From positions 5,539,824 to 5,603,823 of the forward strand of contig MU054391.1 of NCBI GenBank assembly GCA_013239625.1: a DNA stretch of 64,000 nucleotides. Direction: 5' to 3'. The translations under genes were made by a program, and so were the position numbers. Below are positions 25,963 through 39,665 of the stretch, in pieces; position 1 is the first letter of the stretch, and every line of letters starts with the position of its first letter. This stretch comes from Lama guanicoe (taxonomy: Eukaryota). The notes beneath the pieces were generated by a model. That model was given only the letters and a program-made list of their open reading frames with translations, did not search any database and was not told the DNA's origin.

Positions 25963-26131
25963 CATGAGGCGGCTCTCTGTCTACCAGCCCTTTTGGAAGC
26001 AACTCTTCATTATTCGCCTTTATATAACCACACACTTTTGGAGACTGCAAACGGGAAACATTCTTGATATCTTCAGATTTATAAACTAACATTCTTTTGT
26101 CTTTAGTATCATTAATTAGTCTCCAAAGTGG
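25963..26131 (-). CDS. ADAM17: ADAM17 exon 5 (cysteine switch)
   Basis: 169 bp, [42 protein letters not shown]... Confidence 0.96.
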
Positions 26132-26867
26132 CTAAAATAGAAAACAAATAAAACTGAGATTGAAAATATAAAAATTTCTAAACATGAAATTCTTACAACG
26201 CCCTTTCCTTGTTTTTAGGTAACATTCATTTCCAGGTTAAGTAAACTGACTAGTCATTTTACTGAAAATAAATCATTTCAATTTTTATCAGAGTATCTAT
26301 GCTGGTAAATAAGTACATGGGTTATTCACTCTCTGATTTTATCTGTATATGAAAAAAGCCTTATTTTCACAAGTTATAAAATCTTTTAGAAGATCCAGAA
26401 GAGGAAATGCATATCCTTTTCTGTTCATTCATTCAAAAATACTTATGTAGCACCTACTGTATGCTGGCACCGTTCTAGGTGATGAACATACTAGGAATCA
26501 AATTTAGACAAGACAGTATTCTCATGGGATTTTCATTCTCATTTCCTTAACATCTTTTTGCCATGATAGAGTTTATGCACAGGAAAGAACACACACATTT
26601 TCATGAGAGAAACCTGAAAAACTGCAACGATATGCCTAAAACTTACTGATTTCAGAGAAAGCCTCTTTTTGTTTTTTTAAATCTTCACTCATACATTGTG
26701 TGGCCACAGTAAATCAGCACTAACATACTGGCAAGATTACCCAAGACAAGAGGATGTGGCTATCTTTTTCAAAACAAAGTTCTTCTCTGGTCTCATCAGA
26801 ACCAGGCAGCTTGTACAAGAAAGGCCATGTGGATATATGTATGTATCTCCACATCCATCCTGGAAAT

Positions 26868-27472
26868 GAAAATCACTTCATACCCACAAGGACGGCTGTA
26901 ATCAAAAAGACATATAACAAGTGTTGGCAAGGATGTGGAGAAACCCTCATCTCCTGCCAGTAAGAATGGGACGTGGAATGTAAAACGCAGTAAATATGAA
27001 ACAGTGAGAATATGAAGTATAGCCACTGTGGGAAACTGTCTGGTGGTTCCTTAAAAGGTTACAAACAGAGGCACCATATGACAGCAATTCCATTCCCAGT
27101 GTGTTCTATATCCAAGAGCAATGAAAATACATGCTCATACAAAAACTTTTCACAAATGCTCACAGCAGCATTATTCATAATAGCCCAAAAGTGGAAGCAA
27201 CCCAAATGTCCAGCTGATGAATGAATACACAAAATGTGGTGTGTGTCCATACAATGGAATATTATTTGGCCATGAAAAGAAACGGTATAATTGACACATG
27301 CTATATAATACGGAAAAACTTCAAAAACATTCTAAGTGAAAGAAGTCACATATTGTGTGATTCCATTTGTACGAAATGACTGAGCAAATCTAAAACAAAA
27401 AGGCAAATCTAAAGAGACAGGGAGTAGATTAGTGGTTTCCTAGGGCTGGGATAGTTGAGGTGGGGAGGGGAA
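26868..27472 (+). mobile_element. Old LINE-1 fragment
   Basis: ACAAGTGTTGGCAAGGATGTGGAGAAA, CAGCATTATTCATAATAGCCCAAAAGTGGAAGCAACCCAAATGTCC. Confidence 0.85.
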
Positions 27473-27774
27473 GGGTCGTAGGCTTCTAAGTAATAAACCA
27501 CTTTTTCAGTTTAAAAAATTATTAATCTCATGCGAAAGTCCTTCAGTAAACCTGATGAGTTCACTTTTAAGTGAACATCTCACAGTGAATATTAATTATG
27601 GTCATTTTTGTATTTAGTGAAACAGACAAGTATGGATGGAAACAATTCCTAATTCTCCCAAAGGGAAGCATTTGGAAAAGTGAGGAATCTGAGCAAATTT
27701 AATTTGCATCCTAAATGCACACATTTTGGATGAAGAATTAATAGATTACCCTAAGGAAATGAGCAAGCACATGC

Positions 27775-28100
27775 ACCATGGCAGAAGCGATGCTGTGCAT
27801 TCCCTACACTGTGTCATCTTTCTGAGCACAGGAGGTTATCTTTCCCAGGCTCCTTGGAAGGCAGGTCAGGGACAAGAGCTCTAAGCATGTGAGTGGAATG
27901 ATGTAGGCCACTTCCAAGCCGGGCCATTAAAAGTCCCCCGTGGGATTCTCCTTATGTTTCCCTTCTGTGGCAACCTCAGAGAACATCTGTCCAGATGTCA
28001 AAGCTACAAGGTGGAGGAGGACCACCCGACCCACATCGGCCTCGATGAGCAATGTGTGCAGCTACAGAGCCATGGGAGCCGCCGACGTGAAACTCAGCAC
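27775..28100 (+). mobile_element. MLT1-like (ERVL-MaLR) LTR remnant
   Basis: GCCACTTCCAAGCC and TTCCCTTCTGTGGCAACC motifs; very degenerate. Confidence 0.4.
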
Positions 28101-29591
28101 AGCCTAGGCAGTTTCCTACAGCTCCCCAGGCTGGCTGCTTCTCACCACCAAGACTGTTCTAACTAAATGCATGCACCAAGAGGCATGCCCAACAGCTGTT
28201 CACCACAGCGTTTTTAATTCCAAAAATTAGAAATGAAATAATTGAGCGTCAGTGGTGGATTGGTCAAATAAATGGTGCAATGTTTCAATGAACCAACAGG
28301 TAGCATTTATTTAAAACCCTAATTTAGATCTTCATTTACTAACATGGAAAAATGTTCATTATTACATAGTTATATGAAAAATATTTGAAAACAAACTATA
28401 CATATTATATGGTCCTAATTTTATAGGAAAAACCTCTCTGTATAACTACTTATTTGTGTCTATATGTATAGAAAAAAAAACCTGGAAAGATATTCATCAA
28501 AATGTTAATACTTATATCTCCCAGTAGTGGGTAATCTATTTTCTGAATTTTTTAGGGACTGTGTAAAAAAGTACTTTAAAAAAAATAAATTGAATGAATA
28601 AGTAAATTTAAGACTTGGTTGATTTGCCTGTTCTAGAGCAAATGCTCATTTACTTTGTGCTAATTTGCTGACTCACTCTGGTGTGCCACACTCCCCAAAA
28701 CACTGACATCAGATAATCTCAACATTAACAGACCGAAGTGACTGCATGTCCAGAGACAGACATTGCTTCTTCGCAGTGATAGCTAGACAAATGACCATGG
28801 CCAGGCAGTAGGAACGTTATGAACAATTACAGTAACTACAGCAGCAGCACCCTGTCTTACCCCTAACGGCACTCAAATATACCTGAAACTTTCATTCTGA
28901 TCAATCTCAGTGATAGTTTTCCCACAAGTGTTCTGTTTCAGTGATACCACCCCTACCCAGAGCATTCTCATTTTCCTAGGGATGCAGAAACTCTTCAGTC
29001 ACAAATCTGTGGCAACCATTTTGTTTTCTGGACTAGCATCTGACATACAGGGAAGCATCCTGCACAGACGTGGCCAGTTCAGTCTTGGTTTCTAATGCTA
29101 GTATTTCAACAGAAGAGTGGCCAGAGCCTGATTTTCCTATAGTTTCCTCTTTGAACTTCTCAGACTATGAACTATCACCTTTTATTTATCTTGCTTATCT
29201 AGAACACCTAGGAGGGAACGAGAGAAACAAAGAAACAAGAATTCGCCTTCACTTTTGAGAATGTTTACACTTCCAGTAGGATTATTAAGAAAGAATAAAG
29301 AAAAAATGAGGGAAAGAAAGTTTTCTCATCCTATTTTCCACCCAACATGTGACTTTCTCTCAATTATAGTACTTAAAAATACAGAGTGCATCTTATGACA
29401 GTCTTAGCTATGTTAAAAAAAAACTTTTTTTTAAATTCATCTATTTTCCTGGTTAAAACAAAAAGCTTTAAATACAAGGAGAAAAGTAAGTATAATTAAA
29501 GACCTTTTTCTTCTTAAAACAACTGAGAGAAAAGGCTTTCTAAAAATCAGAGATATTTGCTCCTAAGAAAAAAGTTCACATGTAGACTTAC

Positions 29592-29680
29592 CTCTATATT
29601 ATATTCCACCCCATCTGTGTTGATTCTTATTGTAATATCACCATCTCCTATGTGGGCTAGAACCCTAGAATCAGGCTCAC
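29592..29680 (-). CDS. ADAM17: ADAM17 exon 4 (prodomain)
   Basis: 89 bp, [33 protein letters not shown]. Confidence 0.95.
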
Positions 29681-30407
29681 CTTAAGAGGAAAAAAAAAGT
29701 CATTATTAAAAAATATTTAAATCAAAAAATAAACTATGCACTACTGTCAATAAAAATCAGCCAAGGCCTTCATCCGTGTGGAATGTGCCTCGGCACTGCA
29801 GGGATCTACCCCCAAGCAACACTGCCCAGAAAGCAGCTGGGCAGTCTCAGCTCCTACTCATCTGAAACTGGCCTCTTTCCCACAAACCTCTTAGGAGAAT
29901 TATCTAGAGTGTGTTATAAAACAAAACAGAGTGTAGATTTTTCTTCTGGAATAATTTTACCTAATTTGGGGTAAGAAAGAACTAAGAGGAGGCAGGAAAC
30001 ATGATTCAGAATATACAGGTCATGAACTGTACTATTTGGGTATTTTAGTGTCTTTTTTTTTTTTTCTTATTGCAAAAAAATTTCCAGAAGTAAAACTGAA
30101 ATTGCTTGATATATTTTCTTAAATAAATACGTAACAGGACCATAGAGTCAGTTACTTTATCTCCTATCTTTCTTTGTTTCCAATCTCATAAGGGAAGCCT
30201 ACAATCCTTCCCCAGAGACAAGAGGTTAAATTTACATGACTTAAGAGGAAATCCCTTTAACCATCAATAGAGCTGGCTAGGAGGACATGCTGGATATACT
30301 CATTTCCTCCTGTTTGAATGTCTCTGCTTCCAGAGTACCAAGCTCAGATAAAAGACAAACAGTAGCACTTTACTGACCTCTTTTTCCTCCCCTCAAAAAG
30401 AATATGC

Positions 30408-30555
30408 CGGGGAGGGGGCGGGCACTACGGTTCAGTGGTAGAGTGTGTGCTTAGCATGCATGAGGTCCAGGGTTCAATCCCTGGTACTTCCATTGAAAAT
30501 AAATAAATAAATAACCCCCTAAATTAATTATTTAAAAAAATTTTTAATTAAAAAA
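30408..30555 (+). mobile_element. tRNA-derived SINE (Vic-1-like)
   Basis: A/B boxes, poly-A, TSD AAAAAGAA(T/C)ATGC. Confidence 0.85.
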
Positions 30556-30631
30556 AAAAAGAACATGCAATCAAGTTCAGTCTGGACACCCAACCCACTA
30601 GACACAAGGACAAGCAAATAAATCTACTAAC

Positions 30632-30762
30632 CAACCACATGTCCACTGAAGAAGTCCTGCCATTTGACTGGATACTCGCTTTCATTTTTCCCATCAACCA
30701 CCACGACTTTGAAATTTTGGGAAAACCGTTCAGTACTTGACGTCAGGTATAATTTAAAATGC
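30632..30762 (-). CDS. ADAM17: ADAM17 exon 3 (prodomain)
   Basis: 131 bp, [47 protein letters not shown]. Confidence 0.96.
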
Positions 30763-31036
30763 CTAAAGAAAGAATGCATCCGTACGTTACTCTAAGCACA
30801 GAAACCAAGCCTATTTTCATTTAATTAAACTTATGAAGTTGACAAGAGAGTTGACATTAATAAAGTACTATGCAAGTTATAACCACTGTTTCACTGTGGT
30901 ACTTAAGAGTTAACACTGCCAGTAAGGACAGACTAATTTCTTTAGTTGTGAGAACTCAGCAGATCAAAAGAAACTAAAACTGGAGGGGAAAAACATTCAA
31001 AGAGCTTATACATTCATCTTTTCTGGAGACTCTAAA

Positions 31037-31129
31037 AAATAAGGAAATACACCTGGAGAGTTTAAGGTTGGAGTCCCTAATTTAAGTAAGGACTCCAACC
31101 TTAAACTCTCCAGTTGTGTGTCCTTATTT
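31037..31129. repeat. Inverted repeat/hairpin: 40-bp arms (24-bp perfect core), 13-nt loop
   Basis: CTGGAGAGTTTAAGGTTGGAGTCC (31053-31076) is the exact reverse complement of 31090-31113; outer arms match 13/16. Confidence 0.95.
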
Positions 31130-33112
31130 ATTTCCTCAAAAGTTATTAAAGACTGAGATTACTGGGTACCATTTATTGAGCACCTACTCAGCGCCAGCTG
31201 CTCTGTACGTTGTCTCTACTTCACACAGTAAAAATTGAGGCTTGGAGGTTAATCAACATACTCAAGGTTACACAGCCAGTAAATGGTGAAACTGAACATT
31301 GAATTTAGTTTATTTCAAATGCCTGTACTATGGGGCCTCCAGCAATCAAGGTGGCCTTATTGCTGTGCAAATTAATGCTACTTCCTATATTTAGAAGTAC
31401 TCCTGCTTCTTTTCTCCTTCTAAAGAGAACTTAACTTGAAAAAAGTAATCTGCAATTACCATGAGGAAAGTAAATATAAGGTACCCAGTACACACTTGAA
31501 ACTACACACTCCAGCTTTTTAGTTAGCTTAATACTCTTGTTTTCTACGAGTTTCATTCCTGACATAAAAACTGTGTGTGGTGAGCAAGAATTTTCAATCA
31601 TCATTTATAGAGTTCTTTCAGTGTGCCCATGAACAACAAAGATAAAGGTATGTTTTTCATCTCAGCCACAGGAACTAATTTTGTCAACTATGGTGTTGAA
31701 ATGATAAAATGTTACTTCTTCATGGGTTTCCATAAGTCTAAACTGCCAGGAAGAATCTAGACTGGGACCGTCTCCATGGCAACAAATATTTTTTTAACTT
31801 TTTGAGCATAACAAGGTAATTCTGTGGTTTTTAATTGGTCATTGGGAAGGACAGACAATAGAACATTATTTCAGAAAACCATGGAACATTTTCTCCTGCT
31901 ATCCTAAAACATATCTTCCCACACATTCACAGTTACAATTTTTTTCCCCTGTCAGTTATGCTGAGAACTTTGAAAAGAAGAGCATCCGTCTTACAAACGC
32001 CTTATTGTTTAGTTTAAGACTCTCTAGGAGTCTCAATTTTATTTTTACTTAATGTTCTTTCCCAGAAAAAAAAAATCACTAGCGCTGCACTCTTCATTAT
32101 CTATGCATCTGCTATATTGTAAAAATAAGGACCAAGTATTGGTAAAACTCCTGTTTTTTGAGTTTCCAATGTTCACCTTTGAGCTATAAAACCTCCAACA
32201 GAAGATGTCAGTCAGAATTTATATTTTACTTTATCCTCCCCCAAATTATGTTGTCATGTACTTACAGACTTCCTTTAGCATTTTCATGTATCTTTCTGAC
32301 CTTTAAGGATTTACGGTGACTGCAAACTGGTGTTAATCAGCGTGAATTAACATTACTTTCCTATCTTCTTTTGTATATACTATGAAATGATCATCACAAG
32401 AAGTCTAGTTAACATCCATCACCTCACATAGTTATAATTTTTTTCTCTTGTGTTGAGAATTTTTAAGATCTACTGTTTAAAAATCTAACTTTCAAATATG
32501 TAGTACAATATTATTAACTGTGGTCACCATGCTGTATATCATTATACCCTCATCACTTTTTTATAAACAATGTAAGTTTTTGAGGAAGCTTGTACCTCAT
32601 ATCTATTTTTAATGATCCATAAAGTGGACCATTTATGGTCTGGGTATATATCACTTTAATTGCTATATCAATTCTAGTACTCTTCAAATAATTTACGATA
32701 TTTCACTTGTAAGAGGAACAAATACTTTTTTCCAAAAAAATTATAGCATTATCCAAAATAGTATTAAAACAAATTTACTAACTTTTTCATTACTTTAGAA
32801 TAATAGTATTTCTTGATTTATTAAAAAAGAGGAAGTGGAACTTCTAGGCAAATTTTGGGGTTTTTTTCATAAAATTACTTTTTAATTCATTATGCAATCT
32901 CTTAGTGTTTCCACACTTTTTCAACCATTAATGGTCAGTCACATCAAAATTTAATTTTATGATCTTAAATTATTTTGCTTTCCTCTATCATTTAAAAACA
33001 CAAAATCTTCTCATTTATCATCACCATCAAATAATGAGTGACTTCACATAGGTAAGTTCAGTCATCTACCAACTGATCATTTCAAGTAGCCCAATTTTTT
33101 TTAAGAAAGGGC

Positions 33113-33290
33113 ATGGGCTTTGGAGTCTGATAAACCTGGCTCACATCCTGTCTCCAACACCTATTCACTGTTTGATCTTGGCCTTAACCTCTAAATCTAA
33201 GTTTTCTTCATCTACAAATGGAAATAATACCACTTACAAACTGAACGGTTTTGAGGGTGAAATGAAATAAACTCCTTTAAAGTACTTGGT
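33113..33290 (+). mobile_element. MIR SINE remnant
   Basis: GGCTTTGGAGTCTGATAAACCTGG...GTTTTCTTCATCTACAAATGGAAATAATA core. Confidence 0.65.
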
Positions 33291-33654
33291 ACAAAGTTCT
33301 CACAGACTGTTAGACACATTTCCCATTAACATTTAAGGTGAAAATTTTAATTACAAACTTCTCTGCTTCCTTGCACAGAAGATAAGAAGTAGTTATTGTT
33401 TAACTTGTTCTTAATGAATCAATGTCATCTATTAGACATGACAGAGAAGTATGTTAGTCCACGGCAATATCTGACCCTAGAGCAAGGATTCTACAGGCCA
33501 CCTCAAGTCTAACTTCAGAAGAAACCCAGAAAACTAAATTTTGAGTTCTTGTCATTTTAAAGTTTCCCCCTCTCTTCCTTTGCTCCTACTCAATTCTTGC
33601 TACGATATCTCCACTCCTTCACCAAACTCCCCATCAGCATAGCAGAAATTATAC

Positions 33655-33895
33655 AGGTTTTGGAATCAGACTTATGTTCAAATCCTTTATCTTCCACTCT
33701 CTAGCTGAGTGAACTTGGGCAACATACCTAACCTCTCTGAGCCACAGTTTTTGGGGTGTTTTTTTTTGGAGGGATTGCCTTCAAAATGGGAATAACAAAA
33801 CCCTCTATGCAGGGGATAGTAAGAATTAGAGGTAATATATGTGAAGTGCCTACCGAAGTAAATGACACAATACACCTAAGAAACTATAGCTATTA
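33655..33895 (+). mobile_element. MIR SINE remnant
   Basis: TTTGGAATCAGAC...GAACTTGGGCAACATACCTAACCTCTCTGAGCCACAGTTT...AAAATGGGAATAACA. Confidence 0.7.
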
Positions 33896-34099
33896 TCATG
33901 GTCACCATTGTGCTCAAATTTGCTATAGGTCTAGAAGCTACGTAACCAATACTGCAATATTTTGACGTAAAATCTAACAAAAAGAAATTATTCAAAAATA
34001 ATCTGATGATGGTAATGATTAGGAAAAATAAAAATAGATATAGTAAAAAATATTTGCATAAAACATCAGTAACACATGTGATGATGGACTCATTTTCTT

Positions 34100-34650
34100 A
34101 ATATACTAAGCACTACGACAATTCAGTAACTAAAAGGATAAACCCAACAGAAAAATGGTACATGGGTATGAAAAGGCAGACAGCAAAATAAAACAAATGA
34201 CTTATGAACACATGAAAAGATGATCAACTTCACATAAAATGAACATCAAAACTGTAAGATACTACCTACCCCTTTCAGAGGAACAAAAGTTAAAGGCTGA
34301 TAAAACCGAGTATTGACAAGGAAAACAGGAAACAGGTGAACTCATATACTGTTGCTAGAAGAATAACCTGGTCTAATGTCTTTAGGAAGAAACATGTCAA
34401 TTTTAATAAACATTTATAACGTGTGTACCCTTGACCTAGCCCAGGAGTTCACATTTTAGAAATGCATCCTATAAAAATACCCAGACTAGGTATATTTATA
34501 AAGATACTCACTGGAGCATTATTAGTTTCAGGGAAAAAAATCACTTTGATTAAACAATATCCGTCTATAGAGTACTAGTCAATAAAATTGTTAAAATTTT
34601 ATGCAATAGGAAGATTTATGCAGCTTTAAAAATGAGATAAATCTATGTTA
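34100..34650 (+). mobile_element. Old LINE-1 (L1ME-like) fragment
   Basis: ATGAACACATGAAAAGATGATCAACTTCAC, ACCCTTGACCTAGC motifs. Confidence 0.6.
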
Positions 34651-34925
34651 TCTATATCACCTATATACATATAGATCTACATAGAAAAAACATGCATTAA
34701 AATCCTCTGGAAGTTAGTAAAATCTTTTGGAAGACAGTACTTAGTAAAAGGTTGATAGCTCTAAATGGTTTAAAGGATTATAATCATTCAATTAGTTTAA
34801 ATTCTTGTTAGAATTCCATAAACATAAATATACCATCATTAATACCTTTGGAATACCCACTGACCTTTTTTAAAATAATTGTCAGCATGAATTTAAGCAT
34901 AAGTAATACACTATTATAAGAATCA

Positions 34926-35036
34926 TGAAAACGAATATATGTATGTACATGCATGACTGGTACATTATGCTGCACACTAGAAATTGACACATAGTAACTG
35001 TACTTCAATTTTAAAAATTTTAAAATAAAAAATAAA
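34926..35036 (+). mobile_element. Short LINE-1 3' tip with TSD
   Basis: TGTACATGCATGACTGGTACATTATGCTGCACAC matches the L1 end at 8640-8710; TSD AAGAATCA. Confidence 0.8.
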
Positions 35037-35182
35037 AAGAATCAAGACAGACTATAATTGTATCAATTACAAATCTTTAAAGTGTAACTTCCTAAAATTT
35101 CAGTAGACATTCCTATTTTTCAGTTTTTACCAAACCAAGTCTCCCAGCACTCCAACATCATTCTATGAATAATTCAAATTAC

Positions 35183-35315
35183 CTTTTCAAGGCTGAAAAA
35201 GTTAGTAGTGTTTCTAAGTGTGTTGAGGCTTGCAGATCCCTTTTTCTTACAGAGTGCTGCTGGATATTGGATAAAGAGAGGATATCGTAGTCTGAGAGCA
35301 AAGAATCAAGCTTTT
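35183..35315 (-). CDS. ADAM17: ADAM17 exon 2 (prodomain)
   Basis: 133 bp, [47 protein letters not shown]. Confidence 0.96.
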
Positions 35316-35454
35316 CTGAAATACAGGTAAAAAGGTTATTAACACCTAAACATACTAATCAATTGTAACATCATTAAAATAAGAGAGTCAGACAACAATT
35401 TCTTCCTAATATAATGCCCCAGTGCGACCTATTAAGTATCCTTATCATGTATGT

Positions 35455-35456
<2 letters not shown>

Positions 35457-35487
<31 letters not shown>
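35457..35487. repeat. (AC)n microsatellite
   Basis: About 15 perfect AC units. Confidence 0.95.
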
Positions 35488-35489
<2 letters not shown>

Positions 35490-37835
35490 CCTAAATCTAA
35501 TCAAGATCTAACTTTCAGTTTTTAAGACAAAAAGAGACTAGATGTTGCCAAATTAAATAACAACCTTAGGAAGTAATTAGCCACACCCAGAATGTTCCAC
35601 TCCTGCAAAACAGATGACCCAATTTTCTCCAGGAAACAAATGGCATGAGGAAGAAGGGAGGGGTGGAGACAGAAGAGACTTAAGAATACAGCAAGCAAAC
35701 CGATATGTGAACTTTTTTGGACCCTACGTCAAACAAATCAGTTGTGGAAAGATTTCTGTGACAATCAGGGAAAGGTGAATATGAGTTCATGTTCACATCA
35801 GATACCAATAATTTCGATATCTCAGAAAGTATCATAGCACGCAATGAGCTAACTTCTAAATGCAAGGCACTTCTGGCTCCTATGTTTAGAATTTCTAAGA
35901 TCAAGTGTGCCAACCTGCCCTGCCCATTGCCCACCTAAGCTAATTGATTCCTTATCAGTTAATGTATGGTCACAAAGAGCAACAAATCTATCAATGGCCT
36001 GAGCAAACCAAAACTGAGAAAGAAAAATCACATATTTCAAATTAAAGAAAAAAGAAAAGTGGTAACAGCCCTATCGCTGTTGCTCTCAACAGACACAGCA
36101 GAATGTTAATCTACTGGACACCAGGAAGTAGAAGTGGTAGGACCAAACGGATCCCCAAGGGAAAAAAATCAACATAAATTATTTTCCCAGACTGACTTGG
36201 AACCCAAGAAAGGCAAAAGCAAGAAAACTGCCCCAAAGAGAGAACAAGCACAAATAAGTTTCTATTTGGTACAGAGCGAGAGTAAACACTATAGATCACA
36301 TGCTACCTCTGTAAGTCACCTCTTATCAGCAGCAACTGCTTTCTCTCCCACAATCAGGAGGATGTCTGGAAGACAAATTTTGGTGACTTAAGTCCCTATA
36401 AAAACTGTCTAAAAATATTTGAGCTGATGCTTTCCTTTTTCTATCAACAAATATCACTGCAGAAGCAATGGCATTCAAAATCATTCCACTGGACTGAGAG
36501 CATCCTCAAAATAGAGCAGCAGGAGCTTAAAATACAAGTGTATTACTACTGTGGTTAAATATGCTCACAAAACAATTTCTAAAAGAAAGAACCCACTCAA
36601 TACTTTTCTCCTTCCTCTTCCTCTAAATATCCTCAATTGGTTTCTTCATCAATTCATTCATTCACTGCTACGTGCCAGGCACTGGTCTAAGTACTGAGAT
36701 AGAGCACTCGAGGGAGCAAAGTCCTTGCCTAAAGCAGCACTCATTTTGTGTGGGAGAGACAGACAACACACAAGAAAACACATGTCAGTGCTGTGGACAT
36801 GAAAGCAGGACAGCAGGCAGGCAGCAAGAAGGGCCAATCTATACAGAGAGGTGGGAAAATGCCTCACTGTCATGTAATATTCAAGCAAACCTGAAGAAAG
36901 CATGGCGCAGGAACACTGCTATATGGTTAAAGCAAATTTAATCAAAGTCCATCCAAGGCTCTAACTCAAGATAAGATTAAATAAATTGGTAGCAAATTTC
37001 ACACTTGTTAGGTACTACCCATTTTCTGTTAACAGAAATTCCCTTTTAAATTTAATCCAGAGGAAAGCTGTTTCAGAAGGCATCAATCTCTTTTATGCCA
37101 ATGGATAGTACTGGTGATTTGGCCTGGCTAACTGTAATGCTTAGAGGCATCAACGAAAAACCTTCAAGAAGCTTATCATTTATTCAACAGTTTTTGAGTG
37201 TGCTGTTTCCTACCAGACACCATTCTGGATGTTTTATGTTACGTCCACGAACATCGTTGGGGTAACAGCCCCATTTTAGAGATGAAGAAACAGACTCGGG
37301 GAAAATAACATCACAAAGCTAATGTAACACAGCACTAGGATTTAAACTTGGGCCTGTCTTGGCTGAAAACCCCAAGCTTTACTGATGTCAACTTTTGAAA
37401 CTGCTTAAAAATAGCCTAGCTCTTCTTCGACCTTCTACTTCTCGGCCTCCTACTTTTTGACATATCAGTCAAACATGACCTTGCCTCCCACTGAATCCGG
37501 ATGCCCTCTGTTTACACCTTTCTTCTGGCATTTTTCAGTTATATTTGTCCTATCTTGCAAATAGATTTTAAAATAGCCACAAGTGAGCTCTGTTTTAAAA
37601 ATCACAGTATCCTTACCTCACAACACCTGGCACAGAACCTTGCACAAAATAGCACTCACTCCTATCTTCACAAATTGCAAAATTCTCAACACTGAGAGGC
37701 TAATACAATCCTTTAGCTCTTTGAAGTCCCTCAATCAGGTTGCTACATGGACTCCGTTTCATTCAAGATCATAATCACTCCAACTGACTGCAAAACTTAA
37801 CCTCAATACTGTAGTTTCATTGTCAGTAATACAGG

Positions 37836-38006
37836 CCAGTTGTTTTCAAGGTGTGGTCCCCATACCAACAGCCAAAAGCATCACCTGGGAATTTGTTTCT
37901 CCCCTCACTCCTCCTTAATTGGAAATTCTAGGGGTCAGGCCCCGCAATCTGTGTTTAATGTGCCTTCCAGGTGATGTTAATGCACACTCAAGCTTGAGAA
38001 CCACTG
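37836..38006. mobile_element. MER5A-like hAT DNA transposon
   Basis: CAGTTGTTTTCAA...GCATCACCTGGGAATTTGTT...TTGAGAACCACTG terminal inverted repeats. Confidence 0.75.
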
Positions 38007-39665
38007 AACTAGGCTAAACTACAGAAACAGCTCAAAATGAAGAAAAAAACCTTTACGCACAAAGATGTTCATGGTTCAGCTTTGCATATTTTTAAAAACA
38101 AAAGTTGGAAACAAAGTAAGTTGACACCTGGGAAACAGACATTATACCACTTCCAAATGACAAAAACAAACAAACAAAAAACAAACAAAAAAAACCCCAA
38201 TGCAATCATTTAAAATGTTAACAGATTTTAAGAACATGAGAAAATACTTATACTATAATATTAAATAAACAAAGGTAGATTAAAAAACTATTCATATCGC
38301 ATGATCTTAACTATGTATAAAAATAGGCCTAAAAAAATAAAAGTAACATCATTGGTTATCTTTAGGTATTTTTCTATAATAAGCACTATTTAAAGGTAGC
38401 TTGCTAAAGCACTTTAAAACACTTAACTAATATGTTTCAACTGTAATTTGCCCTCTTTTAATAACAAGACATCTCAAATTGGATGTCCCGGAGCCATTAC
38501 AAACAACACACTAAACGCGCTCTCCTCGCCCAACAACCCGAGCTCCCGCTCTTCAAGTAACCTCTCAGATGCTCAGCATTTTACCGCACTTCTCCAAAAT
38601 TCCATCCATTGGTAATCTAATATCCTATAGCTTTTCAACAGAATTTGTATTTCCCCCACTTCCCAAGAGTTTATTCTTTGTCCATATCCAAAAATCTCAA
38701 AAAACTCAAGTATAAACCACTTAACTTCTTACAGTAGGTTTTATGACAGTTAACACGAGACAATGCTACAAAAACTACCTTTCTTATTAGCTTAGTATGT
38801 GGCCATATTTTTTAGAAACTCCAACAATGGCTGCCCAGCACTCTAGAATGAGAACACCTTCCTTGCTTTCTTCAAGTTGCTCCAACAATCACCCTAAACA
38901 ACTGAGCTTTTCTCATTTCTGCTGGCTACAGAGACAAGTTAGAACACAGACACAACTCAAGAGGTCAGACTGGAGTACTGCATGATTTAGGTCCCCACCC
39001 TCTCCCTGCCCTTCTCTGCCACCTGCTACAGTTTCCCCCACTTGGCCTCTCCTGTCTAGTCCTCCTTAGGGACCCTACCCTTCCTCTCTTTGGTATTTTT
39101 TCCACACTCACTCCCACCCCTCCTTTCTTGCACACACATTCTGCACATACTTTTCCTCTTTCCACTAGGCCACACCCTGTTCATTCTACAGATGTTTATT
39201 GAAAACCTCCTCCCTTCCAGGCACTAGGGATATAAATGAGGAGAAAGAGAACTATATTTCTAATTTTGTGATATTGAGAGAAAGAGCATCACACAAAAAT
39301 GATAAAGTATGTCACACGCCAAGGGAGTGGAAGGTGCAAGAAGTTACGGAAGGACACACAGGAGCATGAGCCCTGCCTGGCAGGCCAAGGATGCTTTCCC
39401 AGGGAGACTGTACTAAAGACCAAAAAGATTAGGAGGCAGCCAAGGGAAGAAAGGAGAGGATTCTAAGTAGAGGGCATACCTATGCTGACATCCACAAGAA
39501 ATACAGAACAAAACATACCCAAAGAAAAGAAAGCACCTCGGTGAGGCGGGGGTGTTTAGAATGGCACAGACGATGCGAAGAGGTTTGAGGCCGGAGAGCA
39601 GGCAGAGGTCGTGAAGGGCAGTGGAACCACAGTCAGGACTGTGGATTTTCTACAAGGGCGACAGC

